Below, piece by piece: positions 1-9,382 of a DNA stretch of 64,000 nt (within the stretch, counting starts at the first letter, position 1; every line of letters starts with the position of its first letter). The stretch comes from an uncultured Acidimicrobiaceae bacterium (GTDB lineage: Bacteria > Actinomycetota > Acidimicrobiia > Acidimicrobiales > RAAP-2). The notes under the pieces were generated by a model. It searched no databases. It was given only the letters and a program-made list of their open reading frames with translations, and was not told where the DNA came from. The DNA is taken from positions 466,492-530,491 of the forward strand of contig CAVUYE010000003.1 in NCBI GenBank assembly GCA_963745665.1. Direction: 5' to 3'. A program made the position numbers and the translations under genes.

Positions 1-1
1 C

Positions 2-325
2 ATCGCCCAGCTCAACGACTGCACCGTCTGCCTTGGTTTCCGGGCGGACGCCGTCAAGGCGCAGGGCCTGAACGAGGACTTCTACTGCGCCGTCGGAACG
101 CCCGACGAAGCAGGGCTCAGCGACCAGGAGCGCCTGGCGGTGGAATATGCCGAGCGTTTCACCCTCGACCACACCAGCATCGACGACGAGTTCATCGAGC
201 GTCTGCGAGGCTCCTTCACGGACCCCGAGATCTTCGATCTCACCGTCTGCCTGTCGGCCTTCCTCGGCCTCGGGCGGACACTGCGGGCGCTCGGTATCAC
301 GCAGACGTCGTTGACCGACGTCTAG
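2..325 (+). CDS. carboxymuconolactone decarboxylase / AhpD-like family protein, 5' end cut by window edge
   Basis: The frame is open from nt 2 (IAQLNDCTVC..., CxxC-type motif) and continuous with ORF 140..325. It resembles the second AhpD-like gene at 4906..5253. Confidence 0.55.
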   Translation: MAQLNDCTVCLGFRADAVKAQGLNEDFYCAVGTPDEAGLSDQERLAVEYAERFTLDHTSIDDEFIERLRGSFTDPEIFDLTVCLSAFLGLGRTLRALGITQTSLTDV

Positions 326-1173
326 ACCGCGTCGTCGGAACCCGGTCGGGGTGCGTCGAAGGCCGCGTCCCGGTCCTTGATCGCCCGGCGCAGTCCTACC
401 TCGGCGATCTGCTTCGAGAAAGCCTTGGCTTCGGGGGCCCGGTGGCCGATGGCGTCGTTCAGCGCCGCGAAGCGCTGCAGCTGGGAGCGTCCCATCAGCT
501 CCACTCCCATGTTGACGACTCTCTTGTTCGCCACTAGGAGGTCGCGGCCGATCAGCGCCATCCGCTCGGCCAGATCGAGCACCACACCGTCGAGCGTGTC
601 GGCAAGCGCCGTTGCCACGACGAGGCCGATCTCACGGGCTTCGATGCCGGTGAGGGTGTCGCCCGTGAGCACGAGCCGCTTGGTCCACTGCGGCCCCAGG
701 TGGTACAGCCACATGTTGGTGGGCGGGACGCCCATGGAACGCACGGGTGGGAAGCCGATCCGGGCGTCGTCAGCGGCCACGACGAGGTCGCAGTGCAGCG
801 CCAGATCGGTGCCGCCGGCCAGGCAATTCCCCTGGACCTGGGCGATCACGGGCAGCGCACAGTTCCAGATCCGCGCCCAGCCGTCCCCGAGGGCCAGCAT
901 CGCCGTCACGTCACCCTCCATCGCGGTGTGCTGCGGGAAGTCGCCGGGCTCGGCGTCCTCCGCGATGTAGCCGTACCCCGAGGAGAACGATCGCCCGGTG
1001 CTCCGGATGATGATGACGCGCGCGTCGGCATCCGCTTCGGCCTCCTCCACCGCGGCCAGGAGCTCACGGATGCAGCGAGGCGTGAGCGGGTTGTGCTGGT
1101 CCGGGCGGTTGAGCGTCAGGCGCCGCACGCGGCCTATCTCCTCCACCGTCAACGTGCTGAGACTCGCTGTCAC
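322..1173 (-). CDS. enoyl-CoA hydratase/isomerase (crotonase) family protein
   Basis: 283-aa ORF with a crotonase-like layout (RLTLNRPDQHNPL..., IIIRSTGRSFSSGYG, NCLAGGTDLALHCD). Its start overlaps the stop of the upstream ligase gene by 4 nt. Confidence 0.85.
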   Translation of the reverse strand: MTASLSTLTVEEIGRVRRLTLNRPDQHNPLTPRCIRELLAAVEEAEADADARVIIIRSTGRSFSSGYGYIAEDAEPGDFPQHTAMEGDVTAMLALGDGWARIWNCALPVIAQVQGNCLAGGTDLALHCDLVVAADDARIGFPPVRSMGVPPTNMWLYHLGPQWTKRLVLTGDTLTGIEAREIGLVVATALADTLDGVVLDLAERMALIGRDLLVANKRVVNMGVELMGRSQLQRFAALNDAIGHRAPEAKAFSKQIAEVGLRRAIKDRDAAFDAPRPGSDDAV

Positions 1174-2654
1174 TCCGGGTCGACTCCAGACTCGAGGCGG
1201 GACTTCATGACCTTGCCGCTTTCGTTGCGCGGGAGCGCGTCGACCACGGTAATGCGGCGCGGGACCTTGAAGTCCGCCAGTCTGGCCAGGAGGAAGGCGC
1301 GCAGGTCACCGGGAGCGGTGTCGTCGCGCAGGACGACCCACGCCGCCACGTCCTCGCCCAGGACGGGATGCGGCACGCCCGACACGGCCGCCTCCATCAC
1401 CGCGGGATGCTCGAAGAGGGCGGCTTCCACCTCCCCGGGCACCACATTGTGTCCGCCGCGAATAATGATCTCCTTCTGCCGGCCCACGATCCAGAGGTGG
1501 CCGTCGGGGTCGACATAGCCGAGGTCACCGCTGCGCAGCCATCCGTCGATCCAGCGGTCGTCGGCGCTCTCGGCGTCGTTGAGGTAGGAGCGGACGGGAC
1601 GAGTCCCACCGATGGACACCTGGCCGACCTCTCCGGTCGGGAGCGTCGCATCGCCCGGGCCGACGATCCGGACCTCGACACCGGGCAGCGGCACGCCGAC
1701 CGACCCCAGGTGGCGCCCCTCGTCACCCAGCGGCATGGCCGTGACGGCGCCGAACTCGGTCATGCCATAGCCACAGAGGACCTCGGTCGTCGGCAGCCCC
1801 GTCCCGAAGCGACGCAGGGTTGCCGCGGCGATGGGCGCGCTCCCCACGGTGACCACGGCCAGGCTCGAGAGATCGGCCGTCCCGAACCGCGGCGAGCCGA
1901 CGATGAGCTCCACCATGGCCGGCACCAGGAAGCCCGAGACCGGACGCTCGCGCTCGACCGCGGTGATCCAGGCGTCCGCGCTGAAGTGCGGCAGGAACCA
2001 CCCGCTCAACCCGCCGCGCAGGGGACCGGAGACGAGGAGCGACCCGCTGGTGGTTGCGAAGGGCGACGAGGTGAGGAAGCCGAGCTCCAGCCAGGTCGAC
2101 GGCACCCGATCGGTTGTCGAGAGGCCGCCGTGTCGGACGACGACCCCCTTCGGCCGACCCGTCGTCCCCGACGTGTACATGATGTCGGCCACATCATCAG
2201 GGCCGTACGCCGGCTGCAGGTCCCCGTCGTCGGGAGCCAGCAGGTCGGTCCATCGCATGTCCCCGCCCGATCCGGTGCTCACCACCGTACGGACCGCGGC
2301 CTCGACGTCCGCGATGGCCTCGCTGCACAGGGTCACGGACGCGCCCGCGTCCTGCAGAATGCTGGCCAGCTCGCCCGGGCCGAGCCGAGCCAGCAGTGGC
2401 ACCGCGACTGCGCCCGCCTTGTGAATGGCGAGATACGAAATGAGCCACTCCAGCGGCTCCTCGTTGCCGATGCACAGACCGACCCGCTCGCCCCGGTCGA
2501 GGCCGAGTTCCTGCAGTCCCCGGGCGAGCCGATTGGAGCGGCGATGCCAGTCGCCCAACGTGAGCACAGCGCCGTCGGCCAGGTTCCGCCACGCCACCGC
2601 ATCGGGGAACGTGGCGGCCAGCCGGGCCACCAGCTCCGGCTGGAGCACCGTCAT
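1170..2654 (-). CDS. AMP-dependent acyl-CoA synthetase/ligase
   Basis: ORF 1170..2900 trimmed to the ATG at 2654 (MTVLQPEL...). AMP-binding motifs are present: MYTSGTTGRPKGVV, GYGMTE, SGDLGYVD, PRNESGKVMK. The upstream 82 codons are Pro/Arg/Ser-rich and look non-coding. Confidence 0.85.
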   Translation of the reverse strand: MTVLQPELVARLAATFPDAVAWRNLADGAVLTLGDWHRRSNRLARGLQELGLDRGERVGLCIGNEEPLEWLISYLAIHKAGAVAVPLLARLGPGELASILQDAGASVTLCSEAIADVEAAVRTVVSTGSGGDMRWTDLLAPDDGDLQPAYGPDDVADIMYTSGTTGRPKGVVVRHGGLSTTDRVPSTWLELGFLTSSPFATTSGSLLVSGPLRGGLSGWFLPHFSADAWITAVERERPVSGFLVPAMVELIVGSPRFGTADLSSLAVVTVGSAPIAAATLRRFGTGLPTTEVLCGYGMTEFGAVTAMPLGDEGRHLGSVGVPLPGVEVRIVGPGDATLPTGEVGQVSIGGTRPVRSYLNDAESADDRWIDGWLRSGDLGYVDPDGHLWIVGRQKEIIIRGGHNVVPGEVEAALFEHPAVMEAAVSGVPHPVLGEDVAAWVVLRDDTAPGDLRAFLLARLADFKVPRRITVVDALPRNESGKVMKSRLESGVDPE

Positions 2655-2676
2655 GCCCGTGCAGCCCGTCGGTGCA

Positions 2677-3654
2677 TCAGTACGGTGCGCCGCCCTCAAG
2701 GATGATGCGGGCGTTGTCGACCAGCATGGTCGTGATGTCGGCGTCGCTGATGCCGCGGGCGCGCATGGCCGGAAGCACTTCGTCGGAGATGTAGGTCCAG
2801 CGCCAATTGCTCGACGCGTCCATGACGGAGCGGGGGAACCAGTCGACAAAACACATCGCGTCGTGGGACAGGACGATCCGCTCGGCGTAGCCCCGGGCAC
2901 ACAGGCGCCCCACCGCGTCGACGCGTTCCTCCAGCGTGATGCCGGGCAGGCCGAAGTGATCGAAGCCGAGATACGACCCGTTGTCGATCAGGCTCAGGTG
3001 ATAGTCCGTGTTCACCGTTCCCCCGCTGTGGCCGATGACCACCCGTGCCAGGTCGACGCCCTCTTCCCTGAAGATGCGCTGCTGCTCGAGACCCCAGGGC
3101 TCCGGGGGCGTAGGCGTGTGTGTGGTGATGGGGACCCCGGTGGCCCGGTGCGCCTGCGCCACGGCCCGGAGCACGCGCTCGACGCCGGGCGTGATGCCCG
3201 GACGATCCGACGCGCACTTCAGGATCCCGGCCCGCACCTGTGTCTCGCCGATCCCCTCGCGTATCTCGCGGACGAACATGTCCACCATCGGCTCGGGCCC
3301 TCCCAGAATGGTGCCCGGGCCCTGGAAGTGGAAGAACATGGGGACCTCGTTGTAGGTGTACACCCCCGTCGCCACCACGACGTTGATCTCCGGAACCAGC
3401 GCGGCAATGGCCGCAACCCGGGGGATGTAGCGGCCCAGTCCCACCACGGTGAGGTCGACGAGGGTGTCGATGCCGCGCTGCTTGAGCTCGCGCAGCTTCG
3501 TCACCGCGCGCGCCTGTTGGGCCACTTCGTCCCATTCGTCCGCCGTCTTCTCGATCTCCGGGCTCAACACGAAGATGTGCTCGTGCATCAGCGTGCGCCC
3601 CAGGCCGCTTCCGTCGACCGGGCCTCGCACGGTGTTGACCTGCGCCATCGCCAC
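2677..3654 (-). CDS. phosphotriesterase-family (PTER/Php-like) amidohydrolase
   Basis: 325-aa ORF. The N-terminal GRTLMHEHIF metal-binding HxH motif and the overall length are typical of the phosphotriesterase family. Confidence 0.8.
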   Translation of the reverse strand: MAMAQVNTVRGPVDGSGLGRTLMHEHIFVLSPEIEKTADEWDEVAQQARAVTKLRELKQRGIDTLVDLTVVGLGRYIPRVAAIAALVPEINVVVATGVYTYNEVPMFFHFQGPGTILGGPEPMVDMFVREIREGIGETQVRAGILKCASDRPGITPGVERVLRAVAQAHRATGVPITTHTPTPPEPWGLEQQRIFREEGVDLARVVIGHSGGTVNTDYHLSLIDNGSYLGFDHFGLPGITLEERVDAVGRLCARGYAERIVLSHDAMCFVDWFPRSVMDASSNWRWTYISDEVLPAMRARGISDADITTMLVDNARIILEGGAPY

Positions 3655-3761
3655 CCCCTGTCTGTCGTTCCGCCCGGCGGACGCCGGGCGATCGTAGCGG
3701 GGAGCGGCGCTGTGAACCGCGAGACCGGCGCCACAATGGGCGGCATGGCAAAGGGCCCGGC

Positions 3762-4229
3762 GTGACGCACGAAGGGCTCGTCATCCGGCCCGCGGAGGAG
3801 GCCGACCTTGCTCGCATCGTCGAGCTGCTGGCGCTCGGGACGATCCCCGGGGGGCCGCCGAGCACGGAGGATCCCGGCGACCCTCGTCCCTACCGTGCCG
3901 CGTTGCGCGCCATCGGGGACAGCGGCGGGGTCGTGCTCGTGGCGGACCTGTCGGGCCTGGTGGTGGGCACCTGCCAGCTGATCGTGTTCCGGCATCTGCA
4001 GGCCCATGGCGGGTTGTGCGCTGAAATCGAATCGGTCCATGTGCACCCGGACCACCGGGGCGGGGGGGTGGGAGGCGAGCTCATCCGCCTTGCGGTCGCC
4101 CGGGCCCGAGCGCTCGGCTGCTACCGGGTGCAGCTCACGTCCAACGCCGCCCGCCCCGACGCCCACCGTTTCTACGAGCGGTTGGGGTTCGTGCCTTCCC
4201 ATGTCGGCTTCAAGATGCGCCTGGAGTGA
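3762..4229 (+). CDS. GNAT family N-acetyltransferase
   Basis: 155-aa ORF with an acetyl-CoA binding motif (VHVHPDHRGGGVGGELI) and a C-terminal RFYERLGF. Confidence 0.8.
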   Translation: MTHEGLVIRPAEEADLARIVELLALGTIPGGPPSTEDPGDPRPYRAALRAIGDSGGVVLVADLSGLVVGTCQLIVFRHLQAHGGLCAEIESVHVHPDHRGGGVGGELIRLAVARARALGCYRVQLTSNAARPDAHRFYERLGFVPSHVGFKMRLE

Positions 4230-4252
4230 CGGACCCCCCTTGTGTCCTGCGT

Positions 4253-4276
4253 TGTAATCGTGTAATCTCGTAATAT
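4253..4276 (+). promoter_or_regulatory. three tandem 8-bp GTAAT repeats containing a TANNNT -10-like hexamer, abutting the ATG of 4275..4880
   Basis: The sequence reads TGTAATCG TGTAATCT CGTAATAT. TAATCT (4263-4268) ends 7 nt before the A of ATG 4275, which is leaderless geometry. There is no SD. Confidence 0.3.
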
Positions 4277-4880
4277 GACGGAAACGAGCAGGGACAGCGG
4301 GAGAGGCCAGCAGCGGGGGAGGCGGCGCTCCGCCGGCCCACCCCCCTCCGGGCCCGAGCAGGAGCGGTTGATCGGAGCCTGGTTCGCCGGGCGGGTGCCG
4401 GACGCGTGGTTCGCCGGCAGCCCGACGATCGCCATCGACGGGGACGAGATTCAGGTAGTTGGCACGCTCACCCCGCCCGAGCTCCCCGAGGGAGCGGGGG
4501 AGGACGAGGTCAGGGTCGCCGAGCAGGCGCGTATCAGCGGATACCGCGAAGAGAGCCGCGCCGCCCGCATGCGCATCGCCGACGAGGCGCAGCCGGCCTT
4601 CCGCCGCACCGTGTCCTGGGGTGTCGTATGCGGGGGTTCCCGCGTGCTCTTCACGACGGCCGGGGTGCCGGTGATGACGCGGCTGCGCATGGACGACCGC
4701 CGGACCCTCGATACCCTGATCGATGCCGGCGTGGCGCGCAGCCGCAGCGAGGCGCTGGCCTGGTGCGTTCGCCTGGTGTCCCAGCACGAAGCCGAGTGGA
4801 TCCGCGAACTGCGCGACGCCATGTCCGCGGTGGAGGAAGTCCGAAACAAGGGGCCGAGGAGCGCCGCCGGCCCGAGTTGA
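4275..4880 (+). CDS. hypothetical protein with C-terminal ribbon-helix-helix-like segment
   Basis: 201-aa ORF with high GC3. The C-terminal segment VMTRLRMDDRRTLDTLIDAGVARSRSEALAWCVRLV resembles a beta-alpha-alpha RHH unit. Confidence 0.6.
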   Translation: MTETSRDSGRGQQRGRRRSAGPPPSGPEQERLIGAWFAGRVPDAWFAGSPTIAIDGDEIQVVGTLTPPELPEGAGEDEVRVAEQARISGYREESRAARMRIADEAQPAFRRTVSWGVVCGGSRVLFTTAGVPVMTRLRMDDRRTLDTLIDAGVARSRSEALAWCVRLVSQHEAEWIRELRDAMSAVEEVRNKGPRSAAGPS

Positions 4881-4905
4881 GTGCGGCGGCGTGCCAGCAT
4901 TGGCC

Positions 4906-5253
4906 ATGCCACACGCACACTTCCACCAGGTCCAGGCCGACCTCCGCGAGTCGTACCACGCACTCACGGACGCCATCCCCGACGTGATGTCGGGCTACGG
5001 CGCACTCCACGACGCAGCATTCGTCGAGGGAGCGCTGGACGTCAAGACCAAGGAGCTGATCGCCCTCTCCATCTCCATCACCCGCGAGTGCGACGGGTGC
5101 ATTGCCGCCCACGGCCGGAACTTGGCACGCCTGGAGGCCACCACCGAAGAGGTCGCCGAGATGATCGGCGTCGCCATCACGATGAACGGCGGCCCCGGAC
5201 TGGTGTGGGGGCCGCGCGCCCTGGAAGCCTTCCTCGAGTACAAGAAGAGCTGA
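4906..5253 (+). CDS. carboxymuconolactone decarboxylase / AhpD-like family protein
   Basis: ORF 4723..5253 trimmed to the ATG at 4906 (MPHAHFHQVQ...). It carries a CxxC-H motif (ECDGCIAAH) typical of the AhpD-like fold. Confidence 0.8.
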   Translation: MPHAHFHQVQADLRESYHALTDAIPDVMSGYGALHDAAFVEGALDVKTKELIALSISITRECDGCIAAHGRNLARLEATTEEVAEMIGVAITMNGGPGLVWGPRALEAFLEYKKS

Positions 5254-5266
5254 AGGCCGGCGGCGG

Positions 5267-6553
5267 TCAGCGCGCCGGGACCGGCGTGAAGCTGCAGTCG
5301 AGGTGCTTGATGCCGTTGATGAACGGCGACAAGAGTCGGTCCGGCTCGCCCACTGCCTGAATGTCGGGCAGCCGCTCGAACAGGTGGCGGAACATGACGT
5401 CGATCTCCTGGCGGGCCAGGTGCGCGCCCAGGCAGAAGTGCGGACCGGCCGCCCCGAACCCGATGTGCGGGTTGGGGTCTCGCCGGACGTCGAAGGTGAA
5501 GGGATCGGCGAAGATGTCCTCGTCCCGGTTGGCCGAGTTGTAGAACATGATCACCTTGTCGCCCTCGACGAGCTCGGTGTCACCGAGCACGGTGTCGGAC
5601 GCCACGGTACGGCGCATCCAGATGACGGGGGAACCCCAGCGCACGACCTCATCGACGCCGGTGGCGGCGATGCCCGCCGGGTCCGCCTGCCACAGCGCCC
5701 GCTGCTCGGGGTAGGTGGTCATGGCCAGCAATCCGTGGCTGATGGCGTTGCGCGTCGTCTCGTTGCCCGCCACCACGAGAAGGATGAAGAAGGCGGCCAC
5801 CTCGATGTCAGTGAGCGCCTCGCCGTCGACGTTGGTGTTGACGAGTGCTGAGGTGACGTCCTCGGTCGGATGCTCCCGGCGGTAGGTGGCCAGGTCGATC
5901 ATCAGCAGGTTGAGCTGCTGCGCCGCGTTCATGAAGGCGACCATCGGGTCCTCGCCCGGCGTGACGTACTCGGTGTCCCCGGCGGAGAGGATGACGTTCG
6001 AGGCGTTGAACACGGTGTCGTAGTCAGCCGCGGCGATGCCCATCATGTCGCAGATGATCTCGAGCGGGAGCCGCGACGCAACCTCGACCACGAAGTCACA
6101 GCCGCCCTTCTCCGCCACGCGGTCGATCACGTCGTCGGCCACCAGCTCGATCCCGTCCTCGATCGACTTGATCATGCGCGGGTTGAACGCAGCCGACACG
6201 ATGCGCCGCAGGCGGGCGTGCCGTGGGTTGTCCATGTTGATCATGGAGCCGAAGAAGTCGAGCATCTCCTCGGGCATGTCGATGATGGAGGTGGCGCCGC
6301 GCCCGGATTGGAATATCTCCGGGTGCCGGCTGGCCTCGGCGATGTGGGCGTGACGCGTCAGCGCGTAGTAGCCGTTGCCCTTGGGGATCACGAAGCTCAG
6401 CGCCTCGGGGATCTGGGGTTCTTCGTAGAACGGCATCGGGCGCTCACGCCGGAGGGTCTGGAAGGCGCCCTCCCGCTCGTCCCAGGGTCGGGCCCAGAAC
6501 TCGGTGTCGGAGAGGTCGATCTCGTCGACGGTCAGGACGGTGCGCGGTTCCAC
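5267..6553 (-). CDS. cytochrome P450 (CYP124/125/142-like lipid/steroid hydroxylase type)
   Basis: Heme-Cys loop FGAAGPHFCLGAHLAR, I-helix AGNETT and an EVVRW (ExxR) motif. The start is set at the GTG at 6553 (VEPRTVLTVDEIDLSDTEFW...). Further upstream is antisense to the next gene. Confidence 0.85.
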   Translation of the reverse strand: MEPRTVLTVDEIDLSDTEFWARPWDEREGAFQTLRRERPMPFYEEPQIPEALSFVIPKGNGYYALTRHAHIAEASRHPEIFQSGRGATSIIDMPEEMLDFFGSMINMDNPRHARLRRIVSAAFNPRMIKSIEDGIELVADDVIDRVAEKGGCDFVVEVASRLPLEIICDMMGIAAADYDTVFNASNVILSAGDTEYVTPGEDPMVAFMNAAQQLNLLMIDLATYRREHPTEDVTSALVNTNVDGEALTDIEVAAFFILLVVAGNETTRNAISHGLLAMTTYPEQRALWQADPAGIAATGVDEVVRWGSPVIWMRRTVASDTVLGDTELVEGDKVIMFYNSANRDEDIFADPFTFDVRRDPNPHIGFGAAGPHFCLGAHLARQEIDVMFRHLFERLPDIQAVGEPDRLLSPFINGIKHLDCSFTPVPAR

Positions 6554-6589
6554 GAACGGCCACCCTATCCACCTCTCTACACTGCGACC

Positions 6590-7810
6590 ATGTGCGACAC
6601 CCTCTGCGCCCCTGGGCCGCGCGGCATGGTGTTCGCCAAGAACTCGGACCGGCCGCCCGGCGAAGTCCAGATCGCCTGGCCCTTCGGCCGCCGTTCGTCG
6701 GCCGGATGCACGCTGCGCACGCAGTACCTCTCCATCGGTGACACAGGTGCGCACGCCGCGTTGCTCTCCTGTCCGACCTGGCTCTGGGGCGCCGAGCACG
6801 GCGTGAACGAGCACGGCGTCGCCATCGGAAACGAGCGTGTCAGCACGACCCACGACGCCGCGGCGGCCCCTCCGGCACTCATCGGCATGGACCTGGTCCG
6901 CCTCGGTCTCGAGCGTGCCCGTAGCGCGCCCGAGGCCGTCGACGTGCTGACCGGCCTCCTCGAGACGTACGGGCAGGGCGGCATCGCCGACGCCGCTCGC
7001 CAGGAGGCCTACGACTCCTCCTTCCTCATCGCTGACCCCTCACAGGCCTTCGTGCTCGAGACGTCGGGCTCGGCCTACGCCGTCGCCCCGTTCCCCGCCG
7101 GCGTGGCGATCTCCAACCGGATCACGCTCGGCACCGCGTGGACGCGCGCGTCGGCCGGTCTCAGCGCGGGCGATGACTTCGACCGCTTCCGCGACGCCGA
7201 GGAGGACACGGCCTACGCCGACGTCCGCCTGGCGGCCAGCCGGCGTTTTCTCGCCGCGACCGGTTCCGGCGGCCTCACATCGGCCGCCACCGCCGCCCAT
7301 CTGCGCGACCACGGGACCGGTCCCTGGGGTGCGCCGGGTGCCGACGGCCCGGTGCACATACCACCGGCCCGGCTCGGCGCGGATTGCAGCGGTGTCACCG
7401 TCTGCATGCATGTCCGTGGGCGCAGCATCACCGCCGCCTCCATGATCGCCGAGCTGCCGGCGGAGGTGGCCGACGGGGCGCCGCTGCGCGTCTTCGTGGC
7501 GCTGGGCAGCCCGTGCACCAGCATCTACGTGCCCACCTTCCCGCGCTCGGCGGCCGGCCCACCTCCGTTCGTCCCCTTCGAGCTCTCGGGCCAGGACCTG
7601 TGGCACGCCGCCGATGCCCTGCGTCAGCTGGTCGAGACCGACCCCGACGCACTGCCGATCGTGCGCCAGACGCTCAAACCGGTAGAGGACGAGTTGTGGG
7701 CCGAGGCCGACGACGTGCTCGAACAGCCGGCTCGTTGGGCCGAAGTGGGCGGCTCGTGGGGCAGCAGGGCCCTCGACGCGCTGCGGGCGTGCATCCCTTC
7801 GCCGGCCTGA
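6590..7810 (+). CDS. Ntn-hydrolase, peptidase C69 / secernin-like
   Basis: ORF 5870..7810 trimmed to the ATG at 6590. The protein starts MCDTLCA..., with Cys2 as the presumed N-terminal nucleophile, followed by FAKNSDR and GVNEHGVAIGNE. Confidence 0.7.
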   Translation: MCDTLCAPGPRGMVFAKNSDRPPGEVQIAWPFGRRSSAGCTLRTQYLSIGDTGAHAALLSCPTWLWGAEHGVNEHGVAIGNERVSTTHDAAAAPPALIGMDLVRLGLERARSAPEAVDVLTGLLETYGQGGIADAARQEAYDSSFLIADPSQAFVLETSGSAYAVAPFPAGVAISNRITLGTAWTRASAGLSAGDDFDRFRDAEEDTAYADVRLAASRRFLAATGSGGLTSAATAAHLRDHGTGPWGAPGADGPVHIPPARLGADCSGVTVCMHVRGRSITAASMIAELPAEVADGAPLRVFVALGSPCTSIYVPTFPRSAAGPPPFVPFELSGQDLWHAADALRQLVETDPDALPIVRQTLKPVEDELWAEADDVLEQPARWAEVGGSWGSRALDALRACIPSPA

Positions 7811-7872
7811 GCGCGGCGGTACGCTGCGACGACACATGCTTGTGTGTGCTCTTACTCGCCTAGGGGGATGCC

Positions 7873-8472
7873 ATGACAAACGTACTCACCGACGACGAGA
7901 TCGCAGTCGGCGATGTCGTCAGCACCCAGCTCGAGAAGATGTGGGGCTGGTACCTGGCCGGGGGCATCATCGCGATGATCTTCGGCTTCTTCGTCATCAG
8001 CTACCGGCACGCCAGCGTGTACGCCGTGATCTATCTGGCCAGCGGGTTCTTCATCGCAGTCGGGCTCTTCGAGATCGTGGCCGGCATCCGGGCGGCGCGT
8101 CAACGCTGGCCGCTTCTCATCTTCGGTGTGATCTGGGTGGGGGCTGGCGTCGTCGGCTTCGTGTGGCCGCACATCACCATCTTCATCGTGGCGGTGCTCG
8201 TCGGCTGGGCCTTCTTGGTGCTCGGGATCTTCGACATCATCAACTCCATCCGCTATCACTACCTCCCCTACTGGTGGGCGTACCTGATCCGCGGCATCAT
8301 CGCGGTCGCGCTGGGCTTCCTCTGCATCCGGCACCCCGGTGCGCCGTTGACGGCGCTGGTCGTGCTGATCGGCATCGGAGCCATCTTGTTCGGCGCCGTC
8401 GAGCTCATCGGCGCCTTCTCCGCCCGGCACGCCACCAAGCATTGGGAGGCCTTCAAAGCACAGGCGCACTGA
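7873..8472 (+). CDS. HdeD/DUF308 family membrane protein
   Basis: 199-aa ORF with six regularly spaced hydrophobic helices carrying the G/W-rich pattern typical of DUF308. GGGGGA lies upstream of the ATG. Confidence 0.7.
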   Translation: MTNVLTDDEIAVGDVVSTQLEKMWGWYLAGGIIAMIFGFFVISYRHASVYAVIYLASGFFIAVGLFEIVAGIRAARQRWPLLIFGVIWVGAGVVGFVWPHITIFIVAVLVGWAFLVLGIFDIINSIRYHYLPYWWAYLIRGIIAVALGFLCIRHPGAPLTALVVLIGIGAILFGAVELIGAFSARHATKHWEAFKAQAH

Positions 8473-8491
8473 GCATGGCGCGGGCCCGGCA

Positions 8492-9376
8492 GTGCGCCTG
8501 ATCAGCTTCTCGCTCGCGGGCGGCCCGCCTCGGCCCGGTCTGATCGTCGGGGAGGAGGTCCTCGACCTCAGCGACGCCGCCGCCGGGTTGCCGGCGACCA
8601 TGGCCGAGGTGCTCGCGCTTGGCGCCGCGGGCCTGGAGCGGGTCGGCGCCGCAGCGGCCGGTCCGGCCGCCCGCCACGCCCTGGTTTCGGTCCGGCGTCA
8701 CGCGCCGGTGCCCGACCCGCCCGCCATCCTCGCCATCGGCATGAACTACCGGGCCCACGTGGCCGAAATGGGCCGAGAGCCTCCCGAGTGGCAGTACTGG
8801 TTCAACAAGCAGCGCACCTCCATCGCGGGCCCAGGCGATCCCATCGTGTTGCCATCCGTGTCCGACATGGTCGATTACGAAGGGGAGTTGGCACTCGTCA
8901 TCGGCCCGCGCTGTCAGCACGTGCCGGCGGAGCGGGCGTTCGAGGTGGTGGCGGGCTTCACCGTCATCAACGACGTGAGTACACGCGACTGGCAGTGGCG
9001 TTCTCCCACGTTCACGATGGGCAAGTCCTTCGACACGCACGCCCCGTGCGGTCCCGAGCTGGTGACCGGTGACGAGGTCGGCGATCCGGGGTCGCTGGCC
9101 ATCCGCACCTGGGTCAACGACGAGCTGCGCCAGGACTCGACCACGGCCGACCTGATCTTCGGCTGCGCCGACATGATCGAGTACCTGACCACGGCCTTCC
9201 CGCTCGAGCCCGGGACCATCCTCGCCACGGGCACGCCCGCCGGCGTCGGCGCCGGCTTCGACCCGCCGCGCTACCTGCAGGCCGGCGACACCGTGCGCAT
9301 CAGCATCGAGGGGATCGGTGAGCTGTCCAATCCCGTCGTGCAGGGCGGGCCGCCCGAGCCCGTCGGGCTCGCCTGA
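8492..9376 (+). CDS. fumarylacetoacetate hydrolase (FAH) family protein
   Basis: 294-aa ORF with FAH-domain motifs (GMNYRAH, DYEGELALVIG, INDVSTRDWQ, TGTPAGVG). Confidence 0.85.
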   Translation: MRLISFSLAGGPPRPGLIVGEEVLDLSDAAAGLPATMAEVLALGAAGLERVGAAAAGPAARHALVSVRRHAPVPDPPAILAIGMNYRAHVAEMGREPPEWQYWFNKQRTSIAGPGDPIVLPSVSDMVDYEGELALVIGPRCQHVPAERAFEVVAGFTVINDVSTRDWQWRSPTFTMGKSFDTHAPCGPELVTGDEVGDPGSLAIRTWVNDELRQDSTTADLIFGCADMIEYLTTAFPLEPGTILATGTPAGVGAGFDPPRYLQAGDTVRISIEGIGELSNPVVQGGPPEPVGLA

Positions 9377-9382
9377 ATCGCT

